A DNA stretch of 63,982 nt, the filler included, from Ionaspis alba (taxonomy: Eukaryota): NCBI GenBank assembly GCA_964255285.1. It is 6 parts of 6 records of this genome, joined end to end, with 100 filler letters (N's around TTAATTAATTAA, not from the genome) between each part and the next. Parts side by side here need not be neighbours in the genome. Positions count along the whole stretch, not along the records: positions 54,219 to 63,982 come from CAXUUL010000645.1; 5 more parts are not named here. The stretch is one strand, 5' to 3'. Shown here in pieces: positions 63,418-63,982 of the stretch; positions within the stretch are counted from its first letter, which is position 1, and every line of letters starts with the position of its first letter. Position numbers and translations under genes: made by a program. A model generated the notes under the pieces. It had not been told where the DNA came from. It made no database searches and saw nothing but the letters and a program-made list of their open reading frames with translations.

Positions 63418-63982
63418 GTCGGATGCTCGGATAAGAGGCTAAGAATAACTTTTGGTAACTATTGCTCTGTAGATATGTGTTCTTCGACGCCAAACAGCCG
63501 CTGTGATGCGGGGAAATTGGACTTCTTGTATGTTTTGAGAGGTGCATCCGCGTGATTAGATAGCCAGGCTTAGAGGTAGACCACGTCATCTAGTGGCTGA
63601 AGCACCGAGCTAGACGCTGATAGTTCATCGCCACTACTGACGTTCACTGAGGCGGTGGACTGGAGAATAAGCTGAAGTCAGCTGTTGGGGGCCTTTTGCA
63701 AATCATCATATGACCGTCTATTTTGTGCTTATACAGAGGCAAGCGCTGCAGCATGTCAAAAAGAAAATCCTCCATACAAGGCTAGACAGCGTTTCTGGGG
63801 GATGGTCAGAAATACAATCCTTCTACGCTGATTATGAAGCTGACAGCCAAGCCCGACGAAAGCGCTGCTAAGTAGATCGGGCTTTGTAAGGATGCCTTGC
63901 TATGCACGCATGCTGAGACACGAGTGATATAAAACCGGGCGTAAAGTCAGAGGGAACAATTCATCATTCCAGAGACGATTTG

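Noticed and set aside
62731..63555. 274-aa plus-strand ORF
   Set aside because: Antisense shadow of the GH128 gene with no motifs and a non-ATG start.

Overview
Filamentous ascomycete (Pezizomycotina-type) genomic DNA with short GT-AG introns. The window is not one locus. Five artificial N44-TTAATTAATTAA-N44 linkers join six ~10.7 kb scaffolds sorted by decreasing length, so gene adjacency across linkers means nothing. Scaffold 1: SPE2 (AdoMetDC) with a long leader holding a spliced uORF and tandem hairpins, plus a large VPS9-like/Sel1-like protein. Scaffold 2 (accessory-looking): a truncated Pro/Ser-rich ORF, then a T5orf172/MUG113 GIY-YIG protein, a small kinase and a small Cys-rich protein, together flanked by diverged inverted repeats, then a secreted GH79. 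Scaffold 3: SAM synthetase, PUT2, Apq12-like, GPN3 and an intron-containing tRNA-Thr(CGT). Scaffold 4: AZUL-HECT E3 ligase, REI1 and APC2. Scaffold 5: a transglutaminase-like protein and an AmdX/Adr1-like transcription factor with a GC-AG intron. Scaffold 6: a large hypothetical protein, NUF2, a Cys/His plus charged-helix protein and a GH128. The two best leads are the SPE2 leader and the inverted-repeat-bounded nuclease/kinase cassette. All calls are from manual reading; no searches were run.
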